Positions 62,501 to 64,000 of a DNA stretch of 64,000 nt are shown here, one piece after another. A program made the translations under genes and the position numbers. The stretch's first letter is position 1, and every line of letters begins with the position of its first letter. Origin of the DNA: Takakia lepidozioides (Eukaryota > Plantae > Bryophyta); the NCBI GenBank assembly GCA_030704615.1, contig CM060733.1, forward strand, positions 62,248,001 through 62,312,000, in the 5' to 3' direction. Under the pieces are notes generated by a model, which was not told where the DNA came from, did not search any database, and was given only the letters and a program-made list of their open reading frames with translations.

Positions 62501-64000
62501 CTTGCTGGAGCGTCCCTCGGCTCGGCAAAGACATAAAAGACTGCCCATCATATAATTGTTCCGATTGTGGAGGAGTAAGATCTTGTATACCCAGTCTGTT
62601 CTGTCGGGCCAGTCTAACGTCAGTCCGTTCACACCGGCCTCTCGCTGGTTGAGTCCGTTCAGTCTGCTCAGTTTGGAAAATATGCCATCTGCCCACTCTC
62701 CTGAGTCTGCTCAATCTGTGGAGTCTGCGGAGTCTGCTCATTATGCCGAGTCTGCTGAGTGATGAGTCTGCTGAGTCGTGAGTCTGCTGAGTCCGCTGAG
62801 TGTACTAGGACCAAGACCCAGCCTACTTGCAAGTCTGTAGAGTCTGCTGGAGAGTCAGTTGGAGTGGTCTGCTGAGAGGACTGCTGCCGTGAGACTCATG
62901 AGAATCGTCTTGCAGGGAGCACTGGAGTGTTGTTGTCATCGATGTGCGGAAAGGCTCCTACACTCACATGAACTCCATCGAGTTTTTGCATGGTTGCCCA
63001 TATGTTTTGTCATGGATACGGAAGCTGCATGTGGAGTGTTTAGGCTACAGTGTTGATTCACCGGGTTGGGTGGAGGTTAGGGCATTTCAGTTCAACCAGC
63101 CTGAAGTGCCCCAACAGCCATTCAGCTGGGAATGTGGGTTTTACGTCATGTCCTTCATCCAAGGATATTATGAATGGCTACAAACTGGGCATAGTCAAAC
63201 CTCTTCTAAAAGGGCAGAGAGAGGAGTACCTTTCACGAAAAACTGGTTTACGTTCAAGTTTGCACTTGGCCAACGGATGCAGTGTCTTAAGTACATCTTT
63301 GACTGGTTTGGCCGCTGCTAAGAAAGCAGTATCCTCATAGATATCCGTCTGGGCCCGAGATTAGAGGTGCACCATAGGACGCATTTGTCATGTAAGCATG
63401 CTTTTGAGCATTTTCAATGAAATAAAAGATGACTTTGCATACACATCCTATTGGTCGATTATGAGTGCAGTGTGGAGTACTCGCTGCAGACTTGTGACCA
63501 ATTCACTGCATGTTGTTAAGCGGACTTACCCCTGCACAGTGCGAGCACACACAATCATTTTGTTTAACATACCAAGGGAGTCCACTGGTCAGCAAACAGC
63601 CGAGAGTCAGCAGACTGCCAGAGTACGTGAAAAGGGTATGCCTAGGTTGGTGAGCAGACGTTAGGAGAGGGCAATGTCGCCAGACTGACGAGAGTCCGAC
63701 AGACTGAGGAGTTGGGACCAGTCCGGCAGACTGGCAGATGCGATTGGGAACCATGAGTCTGCATTGGTGAGCAGACTGTCGAGAGTCACCGGAGTGGTAG
63801 AGTACAAGCGGATGGCATTGGCCAGTAGTCTGCCAAGTCTGGTCAGCAGAGTAAGTGAGGGTCCACCGTACTCAGAATGGCCAGTCTGATGGGCAGACCA
63901 CATGAGGCTCACTGGTCAGCTGGGTGTAGGCACGTTCAGAACCAAAAGACTGGTCTGCTCAGGAGACTGTATACTCCGCACCCTGCATACTTTGTTTTCC
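56597..64000 (+). mobile_element. Unclassified element/region rich in CAGACT/AGTCTG motifs, with degenerate Q/T-rich multi-exon ORFs and a Ulp1-like remnant
   Basis: Abrupt junction within Gypsy pol at 56597. Internal repeats at 56740-57260. Low-complexity ORFs at 58860-61400. Confidence 0.45.
62356..63321 (+). pseudogene. Ulp1/SENP-like (peptidase C48) protease remnant
   Basis: VPQQPFSWECGFYVMSFI matches the C48 PQQxxxxxCGx(Y/F)V catalytic Cys motif. The upstream HMNS resembles the yxDS motif. Catalytic His not located. Confidence 0.6.

Overview
Eukaryotic heterochromatin-like window with spliceosomal introns and no recognisable host housekeeping gene. It is probably from a non-seed plant or streptophyte (low confidence). 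It is almost entirely nested transposons. (1) At least five fragments of one non-chromoviral Ty3/Gypsy LTR retrotransposon family: gag-PR-RT-RH-INT plus extra 5' and 3' ORFs. (2) Three diverged copies, plus loose ends, of a Mutator-like (MULE) DNA transposon. It has short asymmetric TIRs (GAGGTTTRCTATTTCATGAGC / GGGGGCTRCTATTTCATGAGC), an 8-bp TSD and a GCM/WRKY-like Zn finger + DDE + SWIM transposase. (3) A NIF/FCP1-like phosphatase remnant and a Ulp1-like protease remnant. The standout is the MULE's second, divergently transcribed, intron-containing gene. It has an N-terminal ParB/Srx-like domain (WDGNHRLLAW) and a C-terminal beta-class N4C/N6A DNA-methyltransferase-like domain, the ParB-methylase architecture known from phages. 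Between the two genes lie arrays of perfect 28-34 bp palindromes with a CGGCGCCG core, reminiscent of parS sites and specific to each element subfamily. An ~8.1 kb inversion (3718-11830) can be reconstructed from a split gag and an inverted TSD. Most ORFs are disrupted, and a 500-N gap (40660-41159) cuts the methylase C-terminus. All domain calls come from motif recognition by eye, not database searches.
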